A DNA stretch of 54,531 bases from Spirochaetales bacterium (lineage in GTDB: Bacteria; Spirochaetota; Spirochaetia; DAHUYW01), in assembly GCA_027314665.1 (NCBI GenBank), contig DAHVAK010000080.1, positions 1-54,531 of the forward strand, read 5' to 3'. The translations under genes were made by a program, and so were the position numbers. The notes beneath the pieces are model-generated. The model saw only the letters and a list, made by a program, of their open reading frames with translations. It was not told the origin of the DNA and ran no database searches. Positions 18,694 through 27,914 of the stretch are shown one piece after another (the first letter of the stretch is position 1; each line of letters starts with the position of its first letter).

Positions 18694-19860
18694 CTATCCG
18701 TGGCGGTGGTGTGCGATGATCTCGTCGTAGCGGGAGATCACCTTGTCGACGACCTGACTCCAACTCACGTAGATGCTCTCCCGCGCCCCCTTGCCGGCGC
18801 GCGCGCGACGGGACGGATCGCCCATGAGCTCGACGAGTCGTCCCGCGAAGCTCGCGAGCTCGTTGTCGCTGAGAAAGCCGTTCTCCCCGTCGACGATGCC
18901 CTCGGCAGCGGAGGAGCCGCGCGCGAGAACCGACGGCAGCCCGAAGGCGGCGGCTTCGCGAACGACCAGAGGGGCGTTGTCGTAGATTGAGGGAAAGAGA
19001 AAGAGATCCGCCCGCGCGTAGAGCCCCTTCAGCTCCTCGCGATTGACCACCTGGCCGAGAAAGATCACGCGATCATCGAGGTCGAGCGAGGTGACGAGCC
19101 GACGCATCTCGCGGTCGGCGTAGCCCGAGCCCACGAAAACCATGCGAAATGCGAGCCCGCGAGTCTTCAGGAGGTTCATTGCCTCGATGATCAGCCGTAC
19201 GTTCTTCTCCCAGCGGTGCTGTCCGATGAAGAGGAACACGAACTCGCCCGAGCCAACACCGATCCTCTCCTGACCGACGGCGCGCAGAGCCTGATACTCC
19301 GCCTCGCTCGGAACCGGCATATCGACCCCGTTGGGAAAGATCTCCATCTCGCCGTCGTAGCCGTACTCCTCGAGCGTCCTCCCGGTTGCCTCGTTGGGCA
19401 CCCAGACGTAGTCAACTGCGTCGTAGTAGCGGAGGATGAAGCTCAACGCGAGGTCCGCCGTCTTTTCGAAGTAGAGGGCCCTGCGCAGGTCATCTCGGTA
19501 TTTGGTGTGGAAGGTCGTGATGATCGGAATCTTGCGCTTGCGGGCGATCTTCAGCGCGATGCTTCCGCTCACGAAGGGACAGTGCGAATGAATGAGATCG
19601 AAGGGAATGCTGTAGACCTTCCGGGTGAAGTTCACGTCGAAGGCGGGAATTCCGGCTCGATAGGGCGCCATCGAGGGGAGCTGGATCGACTTGTAGCGCA
19701 GAATCGGGAAGCTCACCGTATCCACGTAGTCGGGCACCGAGGAGGTGATCACGTATGCCTCGCATCCCCGCTGCGTGAGCCATTCGGCATAGTTGCGGAC
19801 GCAAACCGCAACCCCGTCCATCACCGGCTCGAAGGAATCGTTGAAGAGGCCGACAATCAC
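18694..19860 (-). CDS. GT4 glycosyltransferase (monoglycosyl-diacylglycerol synthase-like)
   Basis: FNDSFEPVMDGVA, DLIHSHCPF, TTFHTKY, EKNV, DLFLFPS...APLVVREAAAFGLP. Confidence 0.9.
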   Translation of the reverse strand: MIVGLFNDSFEPVMDGVAVCVRNYAEWLTQRGCEAYVITSSVPDYVDTVSFPILRYKSIQLPSMAPYRAGIPAFDVNFTRKVYSIPFDLIHSHCPFVSGSIALKIARKRKIPIITTFHTKYRDDLRRALYFEKTADLALSFILRYYDAVDYVWVPNEATGRTLEEYGYDGEMEIFPNGVDMPVPSEAEYQALRAVGQERIGVGSGEFVFLFIGQHRWEKNVRLIIEAMNLLKTRGLAFRMVFVGSGYADREMRRLVTSLDLDDRVIFLGQVVNREELKGLYARADLFLFPSIYDNAPLVVREAAAFGLPSVLARGSSAAEGIVDGENGFLSDNELASFAGRLVELMGDPSRRARAGKGARESIYVSWSQVVDKVISRYDEIIAHHRHG

Positions 19861-19878
19861 AGCCTTTCGCTCCCCCGA

Positions 19879-20940
19879 TCAGGCATGCTCGCCGCTGCCT
19901 TCCGTCTTCACGATGATCTTCGAGAAGAGCCGGGAGGAGAAGATGGCGCCGGTCATGGCCGTCAGGTAGTTGTAGAAGAAGCGCCACAGCACGACTGCGA
20001 TGCCCAAGAGGTAGTAGGGAACGAGCCCGGCAAAGAGCAGGATGAAGAGAGCCTCGCCGAGCCCCGCAGCCCCCGGGGTCGGGAGGACCGGCAGGAGAAA
20101 GAGAAGCAGGGCGCCGATCGCGATGCCCGTCGCGAAGGGCAGATCGACCCCGAGCCCGAGAAAGATCACCCAGAGGGTCACGACCTCGACGCAGTACATG
20201 ATGCCGATCGCGAGGGTTCCAAAGGCGAACGACAGGAAATGCCCTCGGAAATAGGCCTGGAAGCTCTTCTTCGCGAGGTAGGCCTCGTGGATAATCTGGT
20301 GGCGAAGCCGCCCCTTGTTCTTCACGAGCCGAAAGCGTCCAAAGAGGTCGCTGATCGCCGCGATGATCTTGATCATCACCCGCGGCTTCGACAGCCCCAC
20401 GATGATGAGCGCGATGAAGACCACCTGAAGCAGCCCCGTCACGAGAAAGAGGGTGTTCAGGGCGGTCACCTTGGTGATGTGGTTGTGGAAGAAGATGAAG
20501 CCGGCGGCGGCCCCCGCGAGCACCCAACCGGAGATGATGATCAACTTGACCATGACGATCGAGGAGCCCTTTCCCGGGGGCACCCCCTCTCGCTGAAGAT
20601 AGTAGATGACGAAGGGCTGACCGCCGAAGCTGAAGGGGGTTATGAGGTTGAAGAAGATGCGGTAGGCCGCAGCCTTGAATGAGGCGCCGACCTTTAGGTG
20701 GGCGTCCGTGCCTCGGGTGTAGAGGATGAAGCTCACCGCATCCATCGAGAACGCGACCGCCCATATGCCGAAAAGCACGAGCATGTACCCCAGATCGAAG
20801 TTCTTGAGGGCCGTGACCGTCTGCTTGTTCACCGTGAAGAAGAGCACCAGCCCGATGGTGAGCACACTCAAGGCAACGAAGATGATGATTCGCACGACCT
20901 GTGGCGATATTCTGCGCTTCTTTTCGGCATTAGCGTTCAT
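19879..20940 (-). CDS. lysylphosphatidylglycerol-synthase TM (UPF0104, flippase-like) membrane protein
   Basis: FFNLITPFSFGGQP, LPTPGAAGLGE, LWRFFYNYL motifs; start re-called to ATG 20940 with AGGAG RBS. Confidence 0.88.
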   Translation of the reverse strand: MNANAEKKRRISPQVVRIIIFVALSVLTIGLVLFFTVNKQTVTALKNFDLGYMLVLFGIWAVAFSMDAVSFILYTRGTDAHLKVGASFKAAAYRIFFNLITPFSFGGQPFVIYYLQREGVPPGKGSSIVMVKLIIISGWVLAGAAAGFIFFHNHITKVTALNTLFLVTGLLQVVFIALIIVGLSKPRVMIKIIAAISDLFGRFRLVKNKGRLRHQIIHEAYLAKKSFQAYFRGHFLSFAFGTLAIGIMYCVEVVTLWVIFLGLGVDLPFATGIAIGALLLFLLPVLPTPGAAGLGEALFILLFAGLVPYYLLGIAVVLWRFFYNYLTAMTGAIFSSRLFSKIIVKTEGSGEHA

Positions 20941-20966
20941 GGATGCACTCCTCTCCGTGCGCTCCG

Positions 20967-22469
20967 TCAACCGAAGGCGCTGCGAAGGAAGGCAAGATCG
21001 AGCTCCGGGTACACCGGATAGCGATCGAGCAGCCGCGCGACCGCGCTTCTCGCCTCTTCGCGAGTTCTTGGCGAAAGCTGATACTTCGCCTTGCTTGGCT
21101 GCCCCCCCTTCTCTCCCTCGGCAGGGCGGGTGTTCTTAACAACCAGCGCGATGATTCGACCGATCTCACGCATCTCTTCGGCGCCCATCCCGAGGGTCGT
21201 CACCGCGGGGGTGCCGATGCGCAGACCGCTCGTGTACCAGGGTCCGTTGGCATCGAAAGGAAGGGAGTTGCGGTTAAGCGTTACTCCGCACTCGCGAAGA
21301 GCACTTTCGGCCTGTCGTCCGGTGAGCCCCAGCCTCGCCACGTCCACTAGGAAAAGATGGTTGTCCGTGCCGCCCGTCGTCACCGTAAGGCCCTGCTCCT
21401 GACATGCCCCTGAAAGGGCGCGAGCGTTTTCCACGATCCGACGGGCGTAGTCCGCGAAGTCCGGTCGCAGGGCTTCGGTGAGGGCGATAGCCTTGGCGGC
21501 CATGACGTGAGGAAGGGGACCGCCGATCACCATCGGGCATCCCTTGTCGACCGCATCGGCGAACTCCTTCGTGCACAGGACGAGACCGCCGCGCGGGCCC
21601 CGCAAGGTCTTGTGGGTGGTGGTCGTCACGACCTGCGCCCATCGCACCGGATCGGACTCGTCGCGGAAGACTCTTCCCGCCACGAGCCCGGCAAAATGAG
21701 CCATGTCGACCATGAGAACCGCTCCCACGCGGTCGGCGATCTGCCGCATGCGGCGAAAGTCGATCGAGCGCGGATAGGCGCTGTAGCCGGCAAGGAGAAT
21801 CAGGGGCTTCAACTCGAGGGCCTGACGCTCAATCGCGTCATAGTCGAGAAGCATCGTCTTCGGATCGACCCCGTAGGTATGGGCGTCGAACATCTGGGCC
21901 GAAACGTTGTGGCGGTAGCCGTGGGTCAGGTGGCCGCCGGAATAGTAGTCGAGCCCAAGGAGGCGCTGGTTTCCCAGCCGCCCTCTGAGGGTGTTCCACT
22001 GCTCCTGGGTGAGCTTCGCGGGATTGCTTTCGCCCAGCTCTTCGAGACCCGGCGTCTCCACCCTGGTGGAAAGAATCGCCCAGTACGCGATGAGGTTCGC
22101 ATCCGCCCCGCTGTGGGGCTGGACATAGGCGTGCTCGGCGCCAAAGAGCTTGCATGCGGCCTGCGCGGCGAGCGTTTCGACCCTGTCCACGTTGTCGCAT
22201 CCAGCGTAGAACCGGTGCCCGGGATAACCTTCCGAGTACTTGTCGGTGAGAAGGTTCGCCATGGCGGCCTGGCAGGAGAGGCTCGAATAATTCTCGCTTG
22301 CGATGAGCTTGAGGCTGTGCCGTTGGTCATCAAGCTCCTGCACGATCGCAGCGGCGATCTCGGGCGCCACCTCGGCAACCTTGGTGAGATTTGCCAGGTA
22401 GCTCAGAAAGCCTGGATCGGGATCTCCTTTCGCCTGAACGAGATAGTCATGAATCGGGTTAGCGTTCAC
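20967..22469 (-). CDS. glyA: serine hydroxymethyltransferase (long form)
   Basis: LKLIASEN, KYSEGYPGHRFYAGC, VQPHSGADAN, GGHLTHG, TTTTHKTLRGPRGG, GGTDNHL, SGLRIGTPA. Confidence 0.98.
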   Translation of the reverse strand: MNANPIHDYLVQAKGDPDPGFLSYLANLTKVAEVAPEIAAAIVQELDDQRHSLKLIASENYSSLSCQAAMANLLTDKYSEGYPGHRFYAGCDNVDRVETLAAQAACKLFGAEHAYVQPHSGADANLIAYWAILSTRVETPGLEELGESNPAKLTQEQWNTLRGRLGNQRLLGLDYYSGGHLTHGYRHNVSAQMFDAHTYGVDPKTMLLDYDAIERQALELKPLILLAGYSAYPRSIDFRRMRQIADRVGAVLMVDMAHFAGLVAGRVFRDESDPVRWAQVVTTTTHKTLRGPRGGLVLCTKEFADAVDKGCPMVIGGPLPHVMAAKAIALTEALRPDFADYARRIVENARALSGACQEQGLTVTTGGTDNHLFLVDVARLGLTGRQAESALRECGVTLNRNSLPFDANGPWYTSGLRIGTPAVTTLGMGAEEMREIGRIIALVVKNTRPAEGEKGGQPSKAKYQLSPRTREEARSAVARLLDRYPVYPELDLAFLRSAFG

Positions 22470-22499
22470 GGATGGCTCCTTTCACTTCTGTGATCTGCC

Positions 22500-22580
22500 G
22501 GCTCCCCAGGCGCTCGAGAGCCGATGCTAACTCCCCGATGGTGCTCCATCTTCCCACGCCAGTCGTTTCGAGAAACCGAT
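22500..22580 (-). ncRNA. ZMP/ZTP (pfl) riboswitch in the glyA leader
   Basis: Minus strand reads GACUGGCG...GAUGG-agca-CCAUC-GGGGAG...CGCCUGGG, giving the conserved pfl elements and the GGCG/CGCC pseudoknot. glyA is a typical target. Upstream promoter TTGCAA-N17-TAGAAT (22632-22660). Confidence 0.8.
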
Positions 22581-22695
22581 GGGGAGGAGTCGAACTCTTT
22601 CGGCGCCCCCCGGCTGTGTCCCGTTTTGCCCATTCTACCGTTCACCACCGCGGATTGCAAGGGTGACCGGAAGATGCCCGGCTGCTCCGCCTCTC

Positions 22696-23784
22696 TTAGG
22701 AGAGACTCGAACGCCGCACGAGCAGTTGCACCCGGGGGATGAGGAGGTGGAGCTCCTCCTCAAGCGGCTCCACGAGGGAGGCGACGGCTGCCGAAAGCGG
22801 CGCGGCCTCGATCTTCCCGTCAAGGAGACCGCGAAGCTCCTCGGAAGATCGTCCGGCGGCGCTGATCGCAGAACGGAGACGCTCCAGGCGCGCCTCGAAG
22901 AGGGCATGACCGCCGGCATCCGAGAGGGTCGCCCGCGCCACCTCCTCCCGGATCAAGCGGATCTCCTCCCACGCGCCGGCAACGAGCCGCTCCAGCCCCT
23001 CGCCCGCCTCCCGCCCCTGCCGCCCGAAGGCGGCAAGCCGCTCGCCCTCCGCTCGGCGCCGTGGGGCACGCTCCACCACCCAGTCCAGGGCGAGCTCGAT
23101 CGCGCGGCGCAGAGGGGAGAATCCTCTCGGCGCCTGGAACGTGAGCAGGAGCGATCGGGAAGGGAGCGCGGAAATTTCCGTGGTGGGAATCGTCCCGCGA
23201 CCCCCTTCGCAGAGGTACAGCCCTTCGCCCCAGGTAGGAGATCCCGCGCTTGGCTGCCCTCCCCGCAGCAGGGTATAGGTGCGCACCCCGCGCTCAGAAA
23301 GCTCGACGAGCCACTCCTCCATCCCTGGCCCGCGAGGCAGGGGCGCTGCGAAGGCGACTTCGCGCGTTTCCGCGAGCAGCTCGAGGGCATCCTCAACCAG
23401 GTCGCGGTAGAGCTTCGCGCCCCCGGCCGCGGAGAGGTCGAGCCGCGGTCCCCCCTTTTCGAGGCGAAAGAGATGGCGGTAGCCCGGCAGACGATAGACG
23501 AACTCGAGGGCGTCGGGCCCGGGCGCGACTGGGATGAGCGCGAGGCCCGCGGAGGCGCACTGTCGCGCAAGCGCGGCAATCATCTCCTCCGGATAGGCGC
23601 AGCTCGACCTGAATCGCTCGTCCAGGGACCAGGGAAAGGTGGAGCCCCAGTCGAGCGCAACCCTCCCGTAGCCGCAATCGCCCACGAGCTTCAGGATCTC
23701 GATGAGCCGCCCGGGGGTCGGAGGAAGCATCGAGAGATCCAGATAGATGCCGGGGGCCTCTTCGGCGGTCTTGCTCTGAGCCAT
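22696..23784 (-). CDS. GH20 (hexosaminidase D/GcnA-like) fold protein, apparently lacking catalytic residues
   Basis: Start re-called to ATG 23784. GIYLDLSMLPP, VALDWGSTFPW, AYPEEMI...AGLALIP, LEFVYRLPGYRHL match the GH20 N-half; no HxGxDE motif. Confidence 0.6.
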   Translation of the reverse strand: MAQSKTAEEAPGIYLDLSMLPPTPGRLIEILKLVGDCGYGRVALDWGSTFPWSLDERFRSSCAYPEEMIAALARQCASAGLALIPVAPGPDALEFVYRLPGYRHLFRLEKGGPRLDLSAAGGAKLYRDLVEDALELLAETREVAFAAPLPRGPGMEEWLVELSERGVRTYTLLRGGQPSAGSPTWGEGLYLCEGGRGTIPTTEISALPSRSLLLTFQAPRGFSPLRRAIELALDWVVERAPRRRAEGERLAAFGRQGREAGEGLERLVAGAWEEIRLIREEVARATLSDAGGHALFEARLERLRSAISAAGRSSEELRGLLDGKIEAAPLSAAVASLVEPLEEELHLLIPRVQLLVRRSSLS

Positions 23785-23892
23785 GGAATGTACGCTATCT
23801 CGGCTCCGCCCCGCGCGCAAGTGCCCCCTCCCGGAGGGCCAGCCTTGCCACGGGCGAGCGGCGCCGCTATGCTGCCCGCAAGGAAGGACACC

Positions 23893-25224
23893 GTGTCGAT
23901 ACCCGCCGATCTCGAAAGGCGATTCCTTACCCTCGGAATCGCCGTCCCGCGCGTGCTGCTCCCGAAGCCCGAGGTCGATCCCTCCCGGTGGGCGGTCATC
24001 GCGTGCGATCAGTTCACCTCCGAGCCCGAGTACTGGAAGCGCGTCGAGGGGGTAGTCGGGGAAGCCCCCTCGACCCTCTCGCTCATCCTCCCCGAGGTCT
24101 ACCTCGGCCGCCCGGAGGAGGGGCCGAAAACGGCTGCCATCAATCCGGCGATGACGAGCCTCCTCGAGCGCGGCCTGCTCGCCGAGCAGGGTCCCCTCTT
24201 CATCCTCGTCAAGCGATCGACCCCCCACGCCGAGTGCCGGTGGGGGCTCATCGCTGCGCTCGATCTGGAGCGCTACGATTTTCGACCCGGATCGCGAAGC
24301 CTCATCCGCGCAACCGAAGGAACGATCCTCGATCGGCTCCCCCCGCGGGAGGCGATCAGGCGCGAGGCTCCCTTCGAGCTTCCCCACATCATGGTGCTCT
24401 ACGACGATCCCCGGCAGGGGGTGCTCGCGCCCCTCGTCGCGGCCGAGGGTTCGCTCGAGCGGCTCTACGACTTCGATCTCATGACCGATGCGGGACATCT
24501 CACCGGGTTCCGCGTCGATACCCCGCCGCTCCTGGAAGGGATTGCCGCGGCCTTCGCGCGCCTCGCCGATCCGGATGCCTTCCGTGCGCGCTTCGGCAGC
24601 CCCGATCCGCTTCTCTTCGCGGTCGGCGACGGAAACCACTCCCTCGCGGCAGCCAAGGAGCTTTGGGAGAAGACCAAGCGCGAGCTCGGCCTGCCGCCGG
24701 AAGCGCTCCATCCCGCGCGCTTCGCCCTCGTCGAGCTCGTCAACCTCCACGATCGCGGCCTCGCCTTTCATCCGATTCACCGCCTGCTTTCGGGCGATGT
24801 CGCAGCGTTCCTCTCGAGCCTCGAAGCGGACCCCGAGGTGCGGATCGACCCCTGCGCCGACGAGCGCTCGATGCGCCTCGAACTCTCATCGGAGGGCCAT
24901 CGGGTGGGCTTCCTCGGCCCCGCCGCCTGCGGGGTTGCCACCTGGCACCATCCTCGGCGCTCCCTCGCGGCTGCGACGGTCCAGGAGTGTCTTGACCGCT
25001 TCGTGGAGAAGCATCCCGCGACGCGCGTCGACTATATCCACGGCGAAGAGGCCCTCGGGAGGCTCGCGCGAAGACCGGGCAACCTCGGTCTGTTCCTTCC
25101 GCCGATCGAGAAGGGGGAGTTCTTCGCAACCGTGATCCGCGATGGAGCCTTTCCCCGAAAGACCTTTTCGATGGGCGAGGCCCTCGAGAAGCGCTTCTAC
25201 TTCGAGGCGCGGCGCATTCGATAG
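23893..25224 (+). CDS. DUF1015 family protein
   Basis: WAVIACDQFTS, IRATEGTI, ELPHIMVL, FAVGDGNHSLA, PIHR, PRKTFSMG; AAGGAAGG RBS, promoter TTGCCA-N17-TATGCT (23845-23873). Confidence 0.88.
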   Translation: MSIPADLERRFLTLGIAVPRVLLPKPEVDPSRWAVIACDQFTSEPEYWKRVEGVVGEAPSTLSLILPEVYLGRPEEGPKTAAINPAMTSLLERGLLAEQGPLFILVKRSTPHAECRWGLIAALDLERYDFRPGSRSLIRATEGTILDRLPPREAIRREAPFELPHIMVLYDDPRQGVLAPLVAAEGSLERLYDFDLMTDAGHLTGFRVDTPPLLEGIAAAFARLADPDAFRARFGSPDPLLFAVGDGNHSLAAAKELWEKTKRELGLPPEALHPARFALVELVNLHDRGLAFHPIHRLLSGDVAAFLSSLEADPEVRIDPCADERSMRLELSSEGHRVGFLGPAACGVATWHHPRRSLAAATVQECLDRFVEKHPATRVDYIHGEEALGRLARRPGNLGLFLPPIEKGEFFATVIRDGAFPRKTFSMGEALEKRFYFEARRIR

Positions 25225-25242
25225 GAACGCTGCGGCGGCTGC

Positions 25243-25809
25243 CTACCGCAAGAGGGAGGGCGGGATCCTACAGGCCCCCTCTCGGAGAATCCGGTAGGGG
25301 CGTTGGGTCACGTCGAGGATGGTCGAAGGCTCACGACCGAGGATGTCGCCCCCGTCAACAATGACGTTGACGCTCTCCTCGAACTCGCGGATGATCTCGG
25401 AGATCGCCCCGAGCGGGGGCTGACCGCTTCGATTGACGCTCGTGGAGTAGAGGGGAGCGCCGACGCAAGCCACGAGCCGGCGAAGGAAGGGATCCGAGGG
25501 AACGCGCACGGCGACCGTACCTCCTTCGCGCGCGGGGATCACCACGGTGAGGGGGCCGGGCCAGAGCGCCGCCACCTCACGGTCAAGCCTCACGTCGCTC
25601 AACCGCTCGACCGCGCTCCTGCTCTCGATGAGCATCAGGAAGGGGTTGGTTTCCCCCCTTCCCTTGATCGCACGAATGCGCGCCTCGGTGTCGGGAACCC
25701 GTCCGACGATTCCGTAGATCGTGTCACACGGCATGATTGCGATCCCGCCCGTCGACAGGAGCTCGACGAGCCGCTCCTCTCGGCTCAGGTCAGCGCTCTT
25801 GAGGACCAT
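25243..25809 (-). CDS. tsaC: L-threonylcarbamoyladenylate synthase (TsaC/YrdC, short form)
   Basis: PCDTIYG, IKGR, WPGPLT, AVRVP, STSVNRSG, PSTILD, LREG. Confidence 0.92.
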   Translation of the reverse strand: MVLKSADLSREERLVELLSTGGIAIMPCDTIYGIVGRVPDTEARIRAIKGRGETNPFLMLIESRSAVERLSDVRLDREVAALWPGPLTVVIPAREGGTVAVRVPSDPFLRRLVACVGAPLYSTSVNRSGQPPLGAISEIIREFEESVNVIVDGGDILGREPSTILDVTQRPYRILREGACRIPPSLLR

Positions 25810-26233
25810 CTTTCCTCCGCGAGAGGAACCCCGTGAGAAGGTAGGTCACGATGGCTCCCACGAAACCGACGATTCGAAAGAGGGCGTCGGACGGATAGCG
25901 GTGATGCCGTTCGACGACCAGGCTGCCTACCGCATAGAGATTTTCCGCCGGGGCGTAGCCCTCGATGTGCACGGGGAGGGCGTTGGAGGGATAGTAGCCG
26001 AGCTCGCGCGCCTCGAGGCGAATCGTGCTCGGATCGCTTTGCAGCGAGGCAAGCTCGGTGCCGAGGTGGGAGTTCAGCGCTTCCAGGCTCGCAAGATTTC
26101 GCTCGAGGTCCACCTTGTAGCGAAGGAGATCCTGAGAGGCGACGATGCCGGTCTTGCCGAGAACCAGAGTCGCAAGACAATAGACGAAGAATCCCAGGTA
26201 GAGCGAGAGGAAGATGCGGTGACTTCGCCTCAT
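25790..26233 (-). CDS. septum formation initiator (FtsB/DivIC family)
   Basis: N-terminal TM ending GKTGI, coiled coil, DPSTIRLEARELGY; an extra C-terminal TM. Confidence 0.75.
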   Translation of the reverse strand: MRRSHRIFLSLYLGFFVYCLATLVLGKTGIVASQDLLRYKVDLERNLASLEALNSHLGTELASLQSDPSTIRLEARELGYYPSNALPVHIEGYAPAENLYAVGSLVVERHHRYPSDALFRIVGFVGAIVTYLLTGFLSRRKDGPQER

Positions 26234-26336
26234 ACTTGATTTTACGGAAGGTGCGAACCGATTCTTTACCACCGACGCGCGAGGTCGGCTCCAGGCGTCC
26301 CGGCACCGCTGCCCTCTTGTTCCGCCCTACCGGCGC

Positions 26337-26365
26337 TTGACAACAGAGTTTCACTCAGATAACAT
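26337..26365 (+). promoter_or_regulatory. sigma70-type promoter of the acidic-protein operon
   Basis: TTGACA-N17-TAACAT in an AT-rich intergenic stretch. Confidence 0.7.
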
Positions 26366-26449
26366 TTTTCTCGTTATTAGGTCAACACTTAATCCGTAAC
26401 TGCCGAAAATGTGAGGGGTTTGGGTGCACCGCACTCCCGGAGCATAGGG

Positions 26450-27913
26450 ATGGCCGCTGAAAGACAGCAAGAACTTGCTAAGAAATCGCAAACCACCTCG
26501 CAGCATGTCGCCTCTGCGTTCAGTCCGGAGGAGTCCGAGCTCGAGCAGTATGGAGTTTGGGTGAAAGAGGGTCCGGAAGACGTCGTCGGGCTCGACGAGG
26601 AGCTCGGCGAAGTGAGCGCTCCGGAGGGTGTGCTGACTGCCGAAGAGGAGGATCTGCTCGGGTCGCTCGAGTCCTCGGTCGGCGAGGAGCTCTCTCCCCC
26701 TTCTGAGACCAACGACGAGGGACTCGGGCTGGAAAATCTGGACGAAGACTTCTCCTTTGATCTCGAAGAGGAGCACCTGGAGCTCGACGAGCTTCCAGGG
26801 CTCGGCGAGGCCGCCGAAGAAGAGCTGTGGATCGAGAGCCCTCCGCAGGCTGCGGCCCCCGCAAGCCAGCCGGCAACCAGTTATACATCCCGTGAGGAAA
26901 CGGACCTCGAACCTATCGACGATCTGAGCGCCTTCGAGGCCGACCTCGCCGGTTCGAGCGAAGAGGGAGAATCCATGCGCATGCCAGATGGGTCGCAATC
27001 GATACTCCAAAAGATCGAGCAGGATCTCCTGTCGATCAAGCACGAGCTCGCGGCTCTGAAAACCGAGATCTCCAGTCTTCGGGAGACGGCCTCTCCCGCG
27101 AGGACCGACGAAAAGCCTAAAGAGGATGAGGCCGGATTCTTCGCAGAGGATGAGGATGAGACCATTGCCCTTACGGGTGATGAGCTCGACAACATCCTCA
27201 ACACCGCTGACATCACCGAAGAAACAGGCGAGCCTACCGTGGTGCCCGAGGATTCCGAGCTCATTGTCGAAGAGGCGACCCCGGAGCCTGAAATCCTGAT
27301 CGACAAGGACAACATTCTCGATCTCGAGGAAGAAGTCCCAGCCCCTGCCAAGCCAGCCCTGCTCGAGGCCGAAGACGAGGTTCCGATCGAGCTGCCGGAG
27401 GAGGAGATCATCCTGGAGGATCTTCCCGAGCCCGAGGCGGCGGAGCCCGAGCCGATGAGCCCGGAGGAGCTCGAGTCCTTCGACGAGATTCAAATCGATC
27501 TTCCCGAAAGCGAGGAGGCGGCGGGCATCGAGGAGCTGCCGGAGATAACCCTCGACGAGGAGGAGGACCAGCCCGTCGACATCGAGCTCGGCGAGGAGTT
27601 CGACCTTTCTTCGAGCGAGAAGGAAGCCCTTGCGAGTGAGACGCTCGACCTTGAGGAAGAGGAGCTTCTCGAGCCAGTCGAGCCCGTGAAGGCCACACAT
27701 TCCGCAACGACGACCGCCCCCGCCGCTCCGACGAAAGCTGCGCCCGCCGAGGAGGAGATCCCCGACGATCTCAAGACCGAGATCAAGTCGATCCTCAAAT
27801 ACATGGATCAGCTTCTCGAGGCGCTTCCCGAGGACAAGATCGAGGAGTTCGCGCGTTCCGAGTACTTCGAAGTCTACAAGAAGCTCTTTGACGAGCTAGG
27901 GCTCACCACCTAA
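26450..27913 (+). CDS. highly acidic, largely disordered hypothetical protein
   Basis: Very Glu/Asp-rich, with ordered-looking islands: ELEQYGVWVKEGPED, a central coiled coil, GFFAEDEDETIALTGDELDNIL and a C-terminal helical domain. Confidence 0.85.
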   Translation: MAAERQQELAKKSQTTSQHVASAFSPEESELEQYGVWVKEGPEDVVGLDEELGEVSAPEGVLTAEEEDLLGSLESSVGEELSPPSETNDEGLGLENLDEDFSFDLEEEHLELDELPGLGEAAEEELWIESPPQAAAPASQPATSYTSREETDLEPIDDLSAFEADLAGSSEEGESMRMPDGSQSILQKIEQDLLSIKHELAALKTEISSLRETASPARTDEKPKEDEAGFFAEDEDETIALTGDELDNILNTADITEETGEPTVVPEDSELIVEEATPEPEILIDKDNILDLEEEVPAPAKPALLEAEDEVPIELPEEEIILEDLPEPEAAEPEPMSPEELESFDEIQIDLPESEEAAGIEELPEITLDEEEDQPVDIELGEEFDLSSSEKEALASETLDLEEEELLEPVEPVKATHSATTTAPAAPTKAAPAEEEIPDDLKTEIKSILKYMDQLLEALPEDKIEEFARSEYFEVYKKLFDELGLTT

Positions 27914-27914
27914 G

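Noticed and set aside
22575-22610. tRNA-like GTTCGACTC T-loop motif in the glyA leader
   Set aside because: No proper T-stem, anticodon arm or acceptor stem could be formed.
22579-24780. Apparent long overlap of an 881-aa plus ORF and a 694-aa minus ORF
   Set aside because: Both are over-extended; the true starts (23893 plus, 23784 minus) are divergent, each with its own promoter in 23785-23892.
27911-27913. Stop-codon readthrough fusing the acidic protein to the downstream open frame (same frame, open to 28999)
   Set aside because: TAA is a strong stop, the acidic protein ends in a natural-looking helix, and ATG 27915 plus the A10 tract explain the downstream frame more simply.
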